A stretch of DNA of 64,000 nt from Zootoca vivipara. Lineage: Eukaryota. The first letter of the stretch is position 1; each line of letters starts with the position of its first letter. Positions 35,151 through 48,056 of the stretch are shown piece after piece. A program made the translations under genes and the position numbers. Under the pieces are notes generated by a model, which made no database searches, was not told where the DNA came from, and was given only the letters and a program-made list of their open reading frames with translations. The stretch covers positions 37,138,001 through 37,202,000 of the forward strand of contig NC_083282.1 of assembly GCF_963506605.1 (NCBI RefSeq), in the 5' to 3' direction.

Positions 35151-35348
35151 CATAGGACCCAATTCCTAGGGGCCAAGGTACCTTCACCCCCCATAAAATA
35201 TTTGATGGGGCCAGACTTCCTCAAATTTGATGGACAGACAGTGCCATTCAAATTGTGCATGTGTGTGCTGCATCTTGTGATCAATTACTGTATGTGGGGT
35301 GGGGCTTACCTTCCCCCTCCCAGTATTTTATTCAGGTTGGCACCCCTG
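35151..35348. mobile_element. Old hAT MITE
   Basis: Degenerate TIRs CATAGGACCCAA / TTGGCACCCCTG; 7/8-matching TSD taaatgtt/taaaggtt. Confidence 0.6.
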
Positions 35349-37876
35349 TAAAGGTTACAGAAGACTTGGCAGAAAAGGTCTAAACCAGAAACTCGAATTT
35401 AACTCAGAAATAGACTGTGCGATAGTAAAGGAATTGCTGCTATATATATATTGTACAACTAGCTTCAAAAAGAAGCTGCATTCTGGGGAAGCTGAAATTT
35501 CCAAACTGTTTTCAAGGGTGAGCCCCACATATAGTGTCTTATAGTAGTCAATATCCAGTAATTTAATGGTGATTTTTGGAGGCAAATGCACATTATATTT
35601 TAACAATATGATTTTATTATTGCTTTTCTAAGATGGAATAGTGTAGTCTTAACTTCCTCAGTCATCTGTCTTTCTTTCATCTGATATGCCTCTGCTTAAT
35701 AGAATATAGGAATAGGAAAGCATTCCCCCCCATCAAATAAATGTGTAAACACTGTAAATGTGGTTCAGTATAACCTGACATGAGTTGTTTAAATACAGTA
35801 GTTTGCACTTTTCCTGTTATTTTCCCATTCTGCCATGTGGTAGACTGATAACCAGCAGATTGTCTCTGACTATTACCTAACTTGAACCATCACCCCTTGA
35901 CTGAAATGCTCGTTTTTGACATCGCAGCACAATATGCTCTGACTTGCACCTTAAACTGCTTCTCTTGCTTCTCCCAGTTTTGCTTTCTCTTTCTAAAAGA
36001 CCTCTGCATGGGGGAAGAACTAACCAGCTCTGCTTATTGAAGTGTGTTTGCTCAGCAAGAAGCCACTGGACTTCCAAACAGAAATTACTGGGGATTTTCC
36101 ATTTAGGCTGCTTATTGCAGACTGAAAGCTCTTTAAGCATATATTGATAGTTGCTCAGTTTTATCAATACACCTTAAGACATCCCTAATGCTGTGAATGC
36201 TCCTTTTGGAGTCCCTGCAGCCCGTCAGTGCAATGATCTATTACACTGCACGTATTGGAATAGCAATGTCTCCATTGGGCCGCAGGATTCAGTTAATTGT
36301 CTTCTGTCACATGAGATATCCAGGCATGTTATCTCAACCATTTGGAACTTTGTGCAGGTCAATTGGCTGTGTTTTGCAAATGCTAAGGTGATCTGCTTAC
36401 AGGTGCTGGTTTTAAGGATACCTTTGCACAATACTTGCATGATCAGTGATACAATTCTCTTAACAATCAGTATTTTTACAAAAGCAGAAACCCAAACTTT
36501 GACAAATTCCAATGCTTCTGTATTTTCCTGGGCTCCTGTGTCAATGACCAAGCAGCATGATCTACTGTGAACATCACATTAACCTAATATTGCTATGTGA
36601 CATCTATGGAGGGTTTTATTCACCTAGCTTGAAGCAACTCAACAAAGAGTACATCCTCTGCTTGGCAACCATATCACGATTTGATAAATACAAAGCTGTT
36701 CTTGTTCTCTCTCTCTAACAAAATGGCTAATTATACCCCTCCATTTCCATCTTACTGCTCCTAATTAGATTCTTCTTAAACAAACCAGCTCTTCCCTGGT
36801 GCCCCTCAAACGCATGAGAGGTGGTTATCATGCACTCCAGTACCACTTGTTATCTTCCCTCATGTCAACCCTTCTGGCTCATTAATAGTTCTACTTTTGC
36901 TCTTGCCCGAATTCCCAGTCCACTCCTCCACATCTTTCAATGACAGCGGAAATGTGTTTCCTCCTCCTCCACCACCCTATTGCTGCTTCTGATATGTTTG
37001 CAGTTTCTCAGATGTGCATAGGATGTCCTGAACATTGGATGCTGCCAATTTCAAACATCAAGTTGGAGGCCAAGAGAGAGGGTTACAGGGTCTCTACCTC
37101 AAATAATGGAATCCATATAATCCATAAATTAATACCTGTAGCATTCTACCTGCATTAACACTGAATATCTCTGCTCTTCTCAAATCCTAAATGATCAATT
37201 GGCATACTTTTTTGCATGCTAATTTTAGCTAACAGCTATCTAGCTAGAAGAAATGAATTATCTTCAAGGTGTACGTTATGCCTCTCGCACATTTGGCTTC
37301 CGACACGGTGGGCTGTTTAAGTCCAGCCTAACATGCATTCACACTGTTTTTATTTCTCTTGCACGTCATACCATGTTCCCTGTGAAGATGCATTGACTTA
37401 GTTTCATTTTCACCTTTTACCAGTGTGGGCACAGCCTTGCATTTAAATAGTCTCATTTCCTTTTGATACAGTGACATCTTCTCAGGAGAGGAACCACCTG
37501 ACTGTCCTGAAAATTTAGCGATGCCACAAGTCATAATGGAAAATCGAAAATGCTGCGTTCTTGGGAGAGCTTGCTGGCTGCGCATGCTGCTGTGTACTGC
37601 TTTGCGGAAAATTGGGGGGCCTATCTGAATGATCAGTTTGTAATGCATTAAATGCACAGTTGTTGTTCTGAGTCCACCCAGGTTGCACTTCATTTTCAAA
37701 AAGATCGCTTTCCCCCAGAGTAACATGTGCTGCATTTTTGTGCTTGGAGGAACAACACAGAGCTGTCTTCTGGTTACAAGTTGCATTGCTATAGTGATGG
37801 GCATGAGGAATGCAGTGATGGGGTGTCATTGGATCCTATTGAAAACATGCCCTCCCACATTTCTCTGATGAAAATA

Positions 37877-38224
37877 AGGTAAAGGGACCTCTGACCATTA
37901 GGTCCAGTCGTGGCTGACTCTGGGGTTGCAGCACTCATCTCTCGTTATTGGCCGAGGGAGCCGGCGTACAGCTTCCAGATCATGTGGCCAGCATGACTAA
38001 GCTGCTTCTGGCGAACCAGAGCAGCACATGGAAACGCCATTTACCTTCCCGCTGTAGTGGTACCTATTTATCTACTTGTACTTTGAAATGCTTTCGAACT
38101 GCTAGGTTGGCAGGAGCTGGGACCGAGCAACAGGAGCTCACTCCGTCACAGGGATTTGAATTGCCGACCTTCTGATCGGCAAGCTCTAGGCTCTGTGGTT
38201 TAACCCACAGCGCCACCCACGTCC
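37877..38224 (-). mobile_element. Sauria SINE (full length)
   Basis: Consensus match; 14-bp TSD ctctgatgaaaata. Confidence 0.92.
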
Positions 38225-39286
38225 CTCTGATGAAAATAGGGATGTCCTTTGTAACAACAACAACAACAACATACCCCACCCATCTGACTGGATTGTCCCA
38301 GCCCTCTGGATTGCTTTCAACATATATAAAAACATAATAAAACATTAAACATTAAAAAACTTCCCCATATAGGGCTGCATCCAACTGTCTTCTAGAGGCT
38401 GTACAGTTTCTTATCTTTTTGGCTCAAGGGTTGCATAACTCCACACCCTCCAACATTTCTCTGATGAAAATAGGGACGTCCTAAGGAAAAGTGGGACATT
38501 CCAGGTTCAAATCAGAAACCGGGATGGCTTCTGTAAATCCAGGCTTGTCATACAAAGCTCCCTCATTCTTGTGGCTCTTGTTTTGTGCTTTTTGATCTTC
38601 CCACTAGTTTGTATGTTCTCCTCTGATACTCCATTTCTCAGACAGCAAGAATAACACCAATAAATTCAAAACCTGAATCTTGGGAACAGAATGTGTTATA
38701 ACAAACTGAAGTAGGTAAACCTTCCTTTTGTGTACATTGATAGCAATGCCTGGTACAGTCGATTTGGATTATTTGGTTACAGAATACTTAAAAGACTTAC
38801 TTATGGGTTCACGGTAGATTACTAAGGCACAATCTGCTTTTAGTCAACACATGCTGGTTGTGGAGGGGGAGCAGGGAGACAATATTCACTTAGCAGCCTT
38901 CTGTGCAGTGTTTGGCATTGATTAAAACTGTCCAGTGTGGCAAGGGGAATCAAAGGAGAAACAAGCAAGGTAAAACAGTCCTTGGGATGCAGTTGACAGA
39001 GAAAGCCTGAGTTTTACTCTGCTGGGTCCCAGAAAATGCCCAGATTTCAACAAAGGATTGCCTCCAGCTCCCTTGTATATATGTGGGATACATAGCTCTT
39101 GCAGTGCCCTACAGCATCTATAATGCCATGGAAACAGCAAGCACTTCCAAAACAGTAAATGTCAGCCCTCTAACAGCAAGCCATGAAGATTTAGGAGCTT
39201 TCACAAAGAAATCATAGTTCCCTGCCATCCTGTTTGCATTTTTTTCAAAGTGAGCTATATCAAAATATGGATGTGAGATGGATGCG

Positions 39287-39327
<41 letters not shown>

Positions 39328-39525
39328 GGCTAGTTCCATGGCTTTCAAACCACATCTCTGTAAACCTTGGAGTGTTGTGTTATTGTGTTCTTAAAGCAGT
39401 CTGCACTATTTGAATTAAAAACATTGGGGTTTTTTTGTGGGGCTCTAAGAACCTGCTGGCTCCTCTGGAAGGGGCATGCCCAATAGGTAATACCTGGCCT
39501 GACACCTGCGGGTATAGGTTTATAT

Positions 39526-39528
<3 letters not shown>

Positions 39529-39571
<43 letters not shown>
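39529..39571. repeat. (AAT)n microsatellite
   Basis: Direct inspection. Confidence 0.9.
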
Positions 39572-39574
<3 letters not shown>

Positions 39575-40787
39575 TAGTGCTATTATGGTAACACTGTACA
39601 CATGGGTCTATCTTTATGCCTTCTCTCATTTTCCAAGGATGACAAGTCTTCTGTTGTTCTGAAACCACATGTTGGTTAACACACGACCTGTAGTAGTAGC
39701 ACAAGGGTGCTATTTTTTTGTATGTTGTTTTCATTAATATATGCATTTTTGCAAACTTTGGAATGTGGATTTTTCTACATATTATTTGCCTGATAAACTG
39801 TAGTGGATAATTTAGAGAGGTGTGAATCTTGAAGAATGGTGTATTTTTAGTTTATGCATTGTTTCAGAAAGTATGAATTACATAGGTTCGCCTTAAAATG
39901 AAAACTGAGTGGAATTGCTCCCTAATACCTAGTGAGAAGTAAATGTGTTTCATGTGTTCAGCCAGCGCATGCCTTTTTGCTTAGTTTTTCAAAATCAATT
40001 TACGTGCTTTTTGGAGCATGAGTGAATTTTTAAGCGCCTTAACTCTTTTCTTAAAGTGAAACCTTTTGATCCCAGATACATTGATAGATATCCCTTGAAC
40101 TGCTTTCTAATCCACTGCTAAACTTGTTCCCCTCTCCATTTATTCATATTTGGCTGCTTGCAAGTATCTTGGTTTATTTGTATTGCCTTGCATGTTCCAT
40201 ACATACTGCGTGGCTTCCATGGCTAAGTCAGTGTTGGAAAAGGTGAGTGTTTAATGCTGCTTTTAACAAGATCTGATAGCTTAAGTCCCTGGTGGAATTA
40301 TTTGACAAGCCCTACGTGGGTACGTTTTATTATCATTATTAATTGTTGCTGTGTGAGTCAGGAATGAAGAGTGCTAAGACAAACTCACCTGCCTGCCTTC
40401 ATTCTCTTTGCTTTCAATCCTGCGCCTTTGATTAGCCTTCCTTTCAGCCATGTGCATTTTTGTCTAATATTAAAGGTTACAAAAAGCTAATTACTGTGCA
40501 GAGAAGGCTACCGGTACATTTTCTAAAATATAACTTGTGTGTCTGACCTTGCATGTACTTGTATCGTTCTCTGTTATTTTTCATGTCAGGATGGCAAACA
40601 GGAATGATAATAGGGAAAGCAGATGCCACCTAGATTGGCTGTTGTAAGTGATGTGGGAGACGTGAATAAAGAAAGGGCACATGCACTCTTTCTTAATTTC
40701 CCATCTGCATCTTTCTTCCAGAAAGGGTTTCCTGTGTGCTTAATATTACTGCATTGCTTTTGTAATGATAAATCAGAAAAAAATATA

Positions 40788-41214
40788 CAGTGGAACCTCG
40801 GTTTACGAACACCTCGGTTTACGAATTTTCAGTTTACGAACGCCGCAGACCCATCAGGAACGGATTAATTCACTTTCCATTACTTTCAATGGGAAAGTTT
40901 GCTTCAGTTTATGAACGCTTCAGTTTATGAACAGACTTCTGGAACCAATTACACCCATGCTTCGGGTTAAGTACGCTTCAGGTTGAGTACTCCGCGGACC
41001 GGTCTGGAATGGATTAATCCACTTTCCATTACTTTCAATGGGAAAGTTCGCTTCAGTTTATGAACGCTTCAGTTTAAGTACTCTGCGGACCGTCTGGAAC
41101 AGATTAATCCACTTTCCATTACTTTCAATGGGAAAGTTCGCTTCAGTTTATGAACGCTTCAGTTTATGAACAGACTTCCGGAACCAATTATGTTCATAAA
41201 CTGAGGTACCACTG
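40788..41214. mobile_element. Tc1/mariner MITE with three internal repeat copies
   Basis: TIRs CAGTGGAACCTCGGTTTA / TAAACTGAGGTACCACTG; TA TSD. Confidence 0.88.
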
Positions 41215-41483
41215 TATCTACAAAGCAGAGGTAGCACACCTGATACACTCCACATGCTGTAGACTACAAATCCCACAGTTCTTTCTTATGCTGGCTGGGG
41301 CCAATGGAAGACAAATTCCACACCTGGCAGGCATCGCCTTAGCAGCTGCTCATGCAAAGCTACAGCTCAATGTTAAAGTATCTTGCTTGCATGCAGCAGG
41401 TCCCAGGTACAATCCCTGCCATCTCTAGGTAGGGCTGGGAATGTCCCCTGTCTGAAAACTAGAAAAGTGCTGCCAGTCAGTGT

Positions 41484-42157
41484 AAAGGTAAAAAAAGTAA
41501 AGGAAATCCTGGACTGTTAAGTCCAGTCAAAGGTGACTATGGGGTTGCAGCGCTCATATTGCTTTCAGGCTGAGGGAGCCAGGCTGAGGTCCAGTACCAA
41601 GGGCCTTCTGGCGGTTCCCTCGTTGCGAGAAGCCAGGTTGCAGGGAACCAGGCAGAGGGCCTTCTCGGTAGTGGCGCCCGCTCTGTGCAACGCCCTCCAA
41701 TCATATGTCAAAGAGAAAAAAACAGCTACCAGATTTTTAGAAGACATCTGAAGGCAGTCCTGTTTAGGGAGGTTTTTTAATGTTTAATAGATTATTTTAT
41801 TTTATTTTTCTGTTGGAAGCCGCCCAGAGTGGCGGGGGAAACCCAGCCAAATGGGTGGGGTATAAACAATAAGTTGTTGTTGTTGTTGTCCACAGACAGC
41901 TTTCTGGGACGTGTGGCCAGCATGACTAAACTGCTTCTGGCACAACAGAATATCATGATGGAAGCCAGAGTGCACAGAAACGCCGTTTGCCTTCCCGCCA
42001 CAGCGGTACCTATTTATGTACTTGCACTGGCATGCTTTCGAACTGCTAGGTTGGCAGGAGCTGGGACAGAGCAATGGAAGCTCACCCCGTCACGGGTTTT
42101 GAATTGTTAATGGCAAGCCCAAGAGGCTCAGTGGTTTAGACCACAGCACCACCCGCA
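41484..42157 (-). mobile_element. Sauria SINE (divergent subfamily) interrupted by an L2 fragment
   Basis: aaaggta tail, ctgctaggttggcagg body; flanking tcagtgta duplication. Confidence 0.8.
41581..41890 (+). mobile_element. L2 LINE 3' end
   Basis: Encodes LRSSTKGLLAVPSLREARLQGTRQRAFSVVAPALCNAL (L2 ORF2 C-terminus); (GTT)n tail. Confidence 0.85.
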
Positions 42158-42406
42158 TCAGTGTAGATAAAAGTGAGCTAGATGAACCTACAATGTGACT
42201 CAGTGTGGTATGTGTGTGTTCTTCTTCCCATTTAACATTTTCTTGACGCTTGACAGCCTCCTTGGCTGGCTGTACTTCTGAGTTGGGGGGGGGGCAGGGA
42301 ACCCATGGAACGAGTTACTTCAGGATGGTTTTTAATGAAGTGTGGAAAGCCAAATAAAAAAAATTCCTTCAGTAGCACCTTAAAGACCAACTAAGTTTTT
42401 ATTTTG

Positions 42407-42444
42407 GTATGAGCTTTCGTGTGCATGCACACTTCTTCAGATAC
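42407..42444 (-). ncRNA. Minimal type I hammerhead ribozyme of the PLE
   Basis: GUAU-CUGAAGA-A-GUGUGC(AU)GCACAC-GAAA-GC-UC-AUAC; helix I GUAU/AUAC and palindromic AGCU helix III. Confidence 0.8.
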
Positions 42445-42621
42445 AGTGAAATGGAAGTTTCCAGGCACTTATGTAGAGAAGGGGTGGGGATGGGGAGGGG
42501 GGATCACTCAGAAGGGTGGTGGAAATGGGTGATTGACTGACTGATAGCTGTTGATGACCGCAAACGACTGCAAATGGTTTTGCATGAAAAAGCAAGGGTT
42601 GAGATGGCTGAAGATCGCTTA

Positions 42622-43918
42622 TCATGTATAATGAGATAAGAATCCGATATCTCTGTTCAAACCAGGTCCCTCCATGGTTTTGAGCTTGGTGATAAGTTGC
42701 AATTCAGCAACTTCTCTTTCCAGTCTATTTCTGAAATTCTTTTGTAGTAAGACAGCTACTTTGAGATCTTGTATAGAATGTCCTGGGAGATTGAAGTGTT
42801 CTCCTACTGGTTTTTCTGTCTTCTGGTTCCTGATGTCAGATTTATGTCCATTTATCCTTTGGCGTAGGGTTTGGCCTGTTTGTCCAATATAGAGAGCTGA
42901 AGGGCACTGTTGGCATTTGATGGCATACACAATGTTAGAGGATGAGCAATTAAATAGTCCTGAGATGGTATGTTGGATGTTGTTGGGGCCAGTAATGGTG
43001 TTGTCTGGGTGTATGTGGCAGCAAAGTTGGCATCTGGGTTTATTGCAGGCTCTGGTACCAGTGTCCATGTTAAGTCTGGTGGTTGTATTATTGTGGGTGA
43101 GGAGTTGTTTAAGATTGGGTGGCTGTCTGTAGGCAATGAAAGGTCTTCCTCCCAGAGCTTGAGAAAGGGAGCTGTCATTGTCCAGGAGAGGCTGTAGATC
43201 TCTGATGAAGCGTTGTACTGTTTTAGCTTGGGAGCTGTATGTGATGACTAGTGGTGTTCTGTTATTTTCTTTTTTGGGTCTGTCTTGCAGCAGGTTCTCT
43301 CTAGGTATCTGTCTGGCTCTGTTGATCTGTTGTTTAACTTCATCAGGTGGATATTTTAGTTCTAAAAAGGTTTGCTGTAGATCTCTTAGGTGAGATTCTC
43401 TGTCTGTAGAGTTGGAACAGATGCGGTTGTAACGTAAGGCCTGGCTGTATACGATGGATTGTTTGGTATGTTTGGGATGGTAGCTAGAAGCATGTAGATA
43501 TGTTTGTCGGTCAGTTGGTTTTCTGTATAAGGTGGTGTCTATATGTCCATCCTGTATTTTTATAGTAGTGTCCAAAAAATGTATTTCTTGCATAGATTGG
43601 TTCATTGTTAGGTTGGTGGTGGGGTGAAAGTCATTGAATGTCTGGTGGAAGGTTTCCAGGGTCTGTTGTCCATGTGTCCAGATAATAAAAATATCGTCAA
43701 TGTATCGCAGGTACAGGAGAGGTTTGAGTGGGTAGGAGTTAAGGAAACGTTGTTCTAAATCTGCCATGAAGATGTTGGCATACTGTGGGGCCATGCGGGT
43801 GCCCATGGCTGTGCCGCTGATCTGGAGGAACAGGTCATCACCAAATTTGAAGTGGTTGTGGGTAAGGACAAAGTGGCAGAGTTTGGTAGCAAAGTCCGCT
43901 GTGGTTTTATCTGAAATG
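42622..43918 (-). CDS. PLE reverse transcriptase C-terminal half + GIY-YIG endonuclease (N-terminally truncated, no internal stops)
   Basis: GTAMGTRMAPQYANIFM, YLRYIDDIF, FLD, YRKPT, CNKPRCQLC linker, IVYAIKC...YIGQTGQTLRQRINGH, GLN. Confidence 0.9.
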
Positions 43919-44131
43919 GTGTGGAAAGCCAAGGAGGGTAGCTACTCAGCACCCAAGATCAATGCAGTCATTGGTTTTGCTTTTAAGGGGAATACTTCAT
44001 TTTACCATTCAATAAAATGCTTCTCTATTTGTTTATTAAAAGGAACACTCACTCACTCACTCACTCACTCAGACAGAGACATATATATCTGGGCACCTGG
44101 AAAGGCTGCAGAGTGCAGACCGCTAGAGATA

Positions 44132-44275
44132 TAGAATCATACAGATGGAAGGTACCCTGAGGATCATCTAGTCCAACCCCCTGCAATGCAGGAATAAGCA
44201 GCTGTCCCTTACGAGGATCGAACCTGTGACCTTGGTGTTACCAACACCACACTCTAACCAACTGAGCTATCCAGC
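44132..44275 (-). mobile_element. tRNA(Ile)-headed SINE with CR1-derived tail
   Basis: Minus strand gctggatagctcagttggttagagtgtggtg...ggttcgatcctcgta followed by gggggttggactagatgatcctc...atgattcta. Confidence 0.75.
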
Positions 44276-47200
44276 AGTAGGATAATAGAAAGGGCACTTT
44301 CAAACACCCCTTGGCAACTGTAAAAGTAAATTTACAATAAAGCACGCCCTACTGATTTTTTCCTATCCCCTTTGATGATTTCCAAGGCAATTTATTTCTG
44401 CATTAATTGATGCGGAATGGTTAAAGAAAAGCAGAAATGGTTAAACGAAACTGGGATCTTGATGGATAAATGAAAGCAGTCCCTTGTGTTCACAAGAAAA
44501 TGGTTTAACTTAAAGATGAGCGGCAGTGCTATGATGTCACTGGTACTAATCCCCACAAGGGGTGTAAGCTGATACATGTACTAACAACGATGCTGTACTG
44601 TAATGTCATGTTCAGCATTTTCTGTGCTGCTCAGGTGTGCATCCCTCAAGAGCATTTACGGTATGTTTTCTAGGAGCACAGGGCCATAAGGTCTGGACCT
44701 GGAAATCCCACTTCTTCACAAGTGCTAACTTTGAGGGCTGGGGCTGCTCTCATTCCTTGCTCTCCTCTAATCTTGCAGGCCCTTGGATAATGAGAGGATG
44801 CTGGTGCAAGTCAAAAAAGAATGTTGCCCTTGGTCTTTAACAGCTCATTAAGGACAAATAGGCTTTTAGCTAATGAAAATCTAGCATTTGTATTAAAGGC
44901 TTCATAATGATATATAAGTCAGAGGTGCTATACTATCCTGGGTAATTGGGGTTTTTATTTGTCTTTTTTTTTCTGGGGGAGCATCGTGGACAATATTGGA
45001 ATTGTTCTAAACTAAAATAATTAATTGGGCTATAAAATGTAAGTACCCAGAGCTTTTGGGGATAGAGAAGCAGCTACTGTGTGAACATTAATGCTTCTCG
45101 TAGTGCTGATCTGAGATACGACCAGGGCATTATGAATTGGTCAAATACACATTAAATAATGCATATGAAAGGAAGCACTCCACTGGGGGGTGGGGAGGGG
45201 AATGAAGTAATTTTCTCTTGTTAAGGAGAAGGCGGCACATAAAGGCAAAGGGCATGCTATTTCTGTGGGGCAATTCTGGAATTGACACAGTCATAATGGA
45301 TTTCATTCATAGGATGTGATCCACCAGGATTGCAGGAGCCCTGTTACAAATGAACAGCAGAGTCCACTCCATTCGCACAAGACAATCTTTGTAGCTTTAG
45401 CAGATGGAGAAGTGGAGGAAATCACTGGAGGAAATCTCATTGACTATAGCAGGGTCAGGCCATGAACTGTCTTAAGGAAGTTCCTCCAGATGTTGTGCGC
45501 AACAGACCCAACTTTGGGTGTGGAAGAGGCATGAGCAGTTGGCTGTGAAAACACTTGCAAGGTATTGAGTTTTTGCTTTCACAAATGGTAAAAATGGAAA
45601 TAACAATTCTTCTATTTTATTAATATTTTTTAAAATGGTTTTAGAAGCCACACTGTCGTAAAATAAATAAATAACAAGGCTGAATACAGCGTATAAAATC
45701 AAAACCAACAAAGGCTTCCATAAAAAAACACAATAAATTCTGACCAGATTAAAAGGGAAATTAATGTTGCAAAGGCCTGTCCAAACAAGAAAGTCTTAAG
45801 ATTCATCTGAATGTATCTGGTGAGGTAATGTATCACCAGAAGAAATTTAAGTCTTTTTTGGCTGAGTATAAAGAGGTGCTCTTTTCTTAACACCAAGAGT
45901 AGTATCATTCATCATAGTACCACTCTCCTATGTAGCAGAAAAGCTATAGCTTAGTTACTACTAACAGTTAAGGTGATGCTCAGTTTCATAAGGAGTCTTG
46001 AAAGAGATTAGCAACAGTGGGTTATGCTAGAGATGTTTTAAGCATCATAAAAAGCCACATATGAGGTCTTGGAAGCTTGGAATATGTTGTTTGCTTTGGA
46101 GCTCACAATTATGCAAAATCCTTTTCTCACCATTAGTGTGACATTCACAATCTGCCAGCACAAACCTCTAGTAGATTAAGCGAAATGGGTTTCTAAATTG
46201 TATGTTATTGACTTTTCAATTATGCAGGCAATGGTGGGAAAGCTACCGGAGGAGATATAGATTATAGGATCTCTGTCCCAAGGAAGATCTGCAAACAAAG
46301 AGAAGCAGAGCAGCCTGGGATCAGTCTGATGAATATTGATGGTGTGTTGGCGAGGTGCAAGGTGATGTATAGATAAATAAGCGATGTCCATGTGCCAGGG
46401 AACTGTTTGGTATAGAGACAATAGTGGTATTAAAGAAGAAATCATCCTTGATGGCCATGGGAAGAGGGGGGGGGAATCTTTATGGTTATGGTATTTAGCC
46501 TCTGAATGAACACATTGAAATCATCATGTAGTACAATTACTGGAACTTAATTCGTTTCTTTGTTGTGTCATTCTTCACATGGGCAAGCCTATTTTCCTTT
46601 TGTAATTACATTTGCTCGAAAACAGACACCCGAGTATAAGCTGACACTGGGATGACAAATGGACACAAATGGACCAAAGCAAACAAAGTATAGATTTGTT
46701 AACCCTTCATTTCCCCCTCTGTCCACTAGCAGTACCTTGGAAAGGGCCAGGTAGGAGGATGGTGCTTTCATTCTGGCTGGTTGTTTGCTAAACCAACTTT
46801 ATTACCGGTATTGCACACCAGAGAATGTCAAGCTGAATTCCAATTAAATCAGTGGGACATTGTAACCAATGGGTGAGATAGTTCCTTCCCTTGGCAATAC
46901 TGTTCTCGCTGTGTCCCTTATCTTATACAAGAACAATTCTCGTACAGACTTGCTCAAAAAGTTTATTATGAGAATGAAAGCTTATATTGACTAATTATTC
47001 CAGTAATTAATGCAGAACAGCATATGAGCATAAGTAGGAATCATGGGCACCTTTAACTTAATACATTCATACCTTAAGATATGAAAGAATCTAGTCTAAG
47101 AGAGGAAATAAGGTGGGTGAGCATAGCATTACATATGCTATCTCTATAAAATAGAGAATGTAATAGAACAATAATTTATTACTTGTACCCCAGCTACTCT

Positions 47201-47628
47201 GGGTAGCTTCCAAGAGAATATTGAAGTCCTAGCTCTGTATAGAACAGTCTATGGTTGGACAGATGGACACCAAAAGCAGGCATGAGGTTTCTATGCCTGA
47301 AAACAGTAAGCTCTCTCCTTCTCAATCAGATCTTACCAACCCCAACATCCAGTGTCCTTGAGAGTGGTGGAGTTAAGGACTATGGGAAAGCATTGGAACC
47401 CAATATGCTTCTGAGCCCATGGAAAAATTTGATTTTAAATAGGATTTTGAATTTCACAGGAGTGTATGTGAAAGGGAGGGGCTTCATGATGTGGAAGGTG
47501 AAAATAAAAGAGGGTCTTTGGAAAAAAAGACTTTGTAACTTTCCTTCTAGATGTGTTCCAAGATTGTCATCTTGCCTGAATTGCTAATTTTCATGTGCTA
47601 TGGAGTAAAGGTCTACTAAAATTTAATA

Positions 47629-47843
47629 CAGTGGTACCTCAGGTTAAGAACTTAATTCGTTCCGGAGCTCCGTTCTTAACCTGAAACTGTTCTTAACCTG
47701 AGGTACCACTTTAGCTAATGGGGCCTTGAGCCGCTGCCATGTGATTCCTGTTCTCATCCTGAAGAAAAGTTCTTAACCCAAAGTACTATTTTGGGGTTAG
47801 CTGAGTCTGTAACCTGAAGTGTCTGTAACCTGAGGTACCACTG
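47629..47843. mobile_element. Tc1/mariner MITE
   Basis: TIRs CAGTGGTACCTCAGGTTA / TAACCTGAGGTACCACTG; TA TSD. Confidence 0.88.
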
Positions 47844-47866
47844 TACTAGCAATTAGCTGGTATAAA

Positions 47867-48003
47867 CAGTGCTTTAAAAAATAAATAAATGTTTAGGGTT
47901 ACTCTCACTTTCCTACACATATTGAAATACTGCCCCTCGATGAGGTCAAACTTAAATTCACAAAATGTTTAGGGGTATGCGTACTCCCAGAAAAAAAGCA
48001 CTG
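47867..48003. mobile_element. hAT MITE
   Basis: TIRs CAGTGCTTT / AAAGCACTG; 8-bp TSD ggtataaa. Confidence 0.8.
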
Positions 48004-48056
48004 GGTATAAACATTTTTAAAAGAACTAGCGCATTGACATATATTCTCCCACCAAT

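Larger units (their letters stand above)
41355..42210 (+). mobile_element. tRNA(Ala)-headed SINE split by a nested Sauria SINE and L2
   Basis: gcatgcagcaggtcccagg...ctgccagtcagtgta, resuming as gataaaagtgagctagatg after 42158. Confidence 0.7.
42354..43918 (-). mobile_element. 5'-truncated Penelope-like retroelement (Neptune-type)
   Basis: RT + C-terminal GIY-YIG ORF, hammerhead-bearing 3' end, perfect 14-bp TSD gtgtggaaagccaa (42340-42353 / 43919-43932). Confidence 0.93.

Noticed and set aside
37328-37804. 158-aa minus-strand ORF
   Set aside because: No recognisable homology or splice context; within chance expectation.
43919-43932. Start codon (MAFHT) of the 436-aa PLE ORF
   Set aside because: It lies in the target-site duplication (host DNA); the element is 5'-truncated and lacks its real N-terminus.
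44200-44275. Functional tRNA-Ile gene
   Set aside because: Mutated acceptor stem and anticodon region, and fused to a CR1 tail; it is a SINE head.
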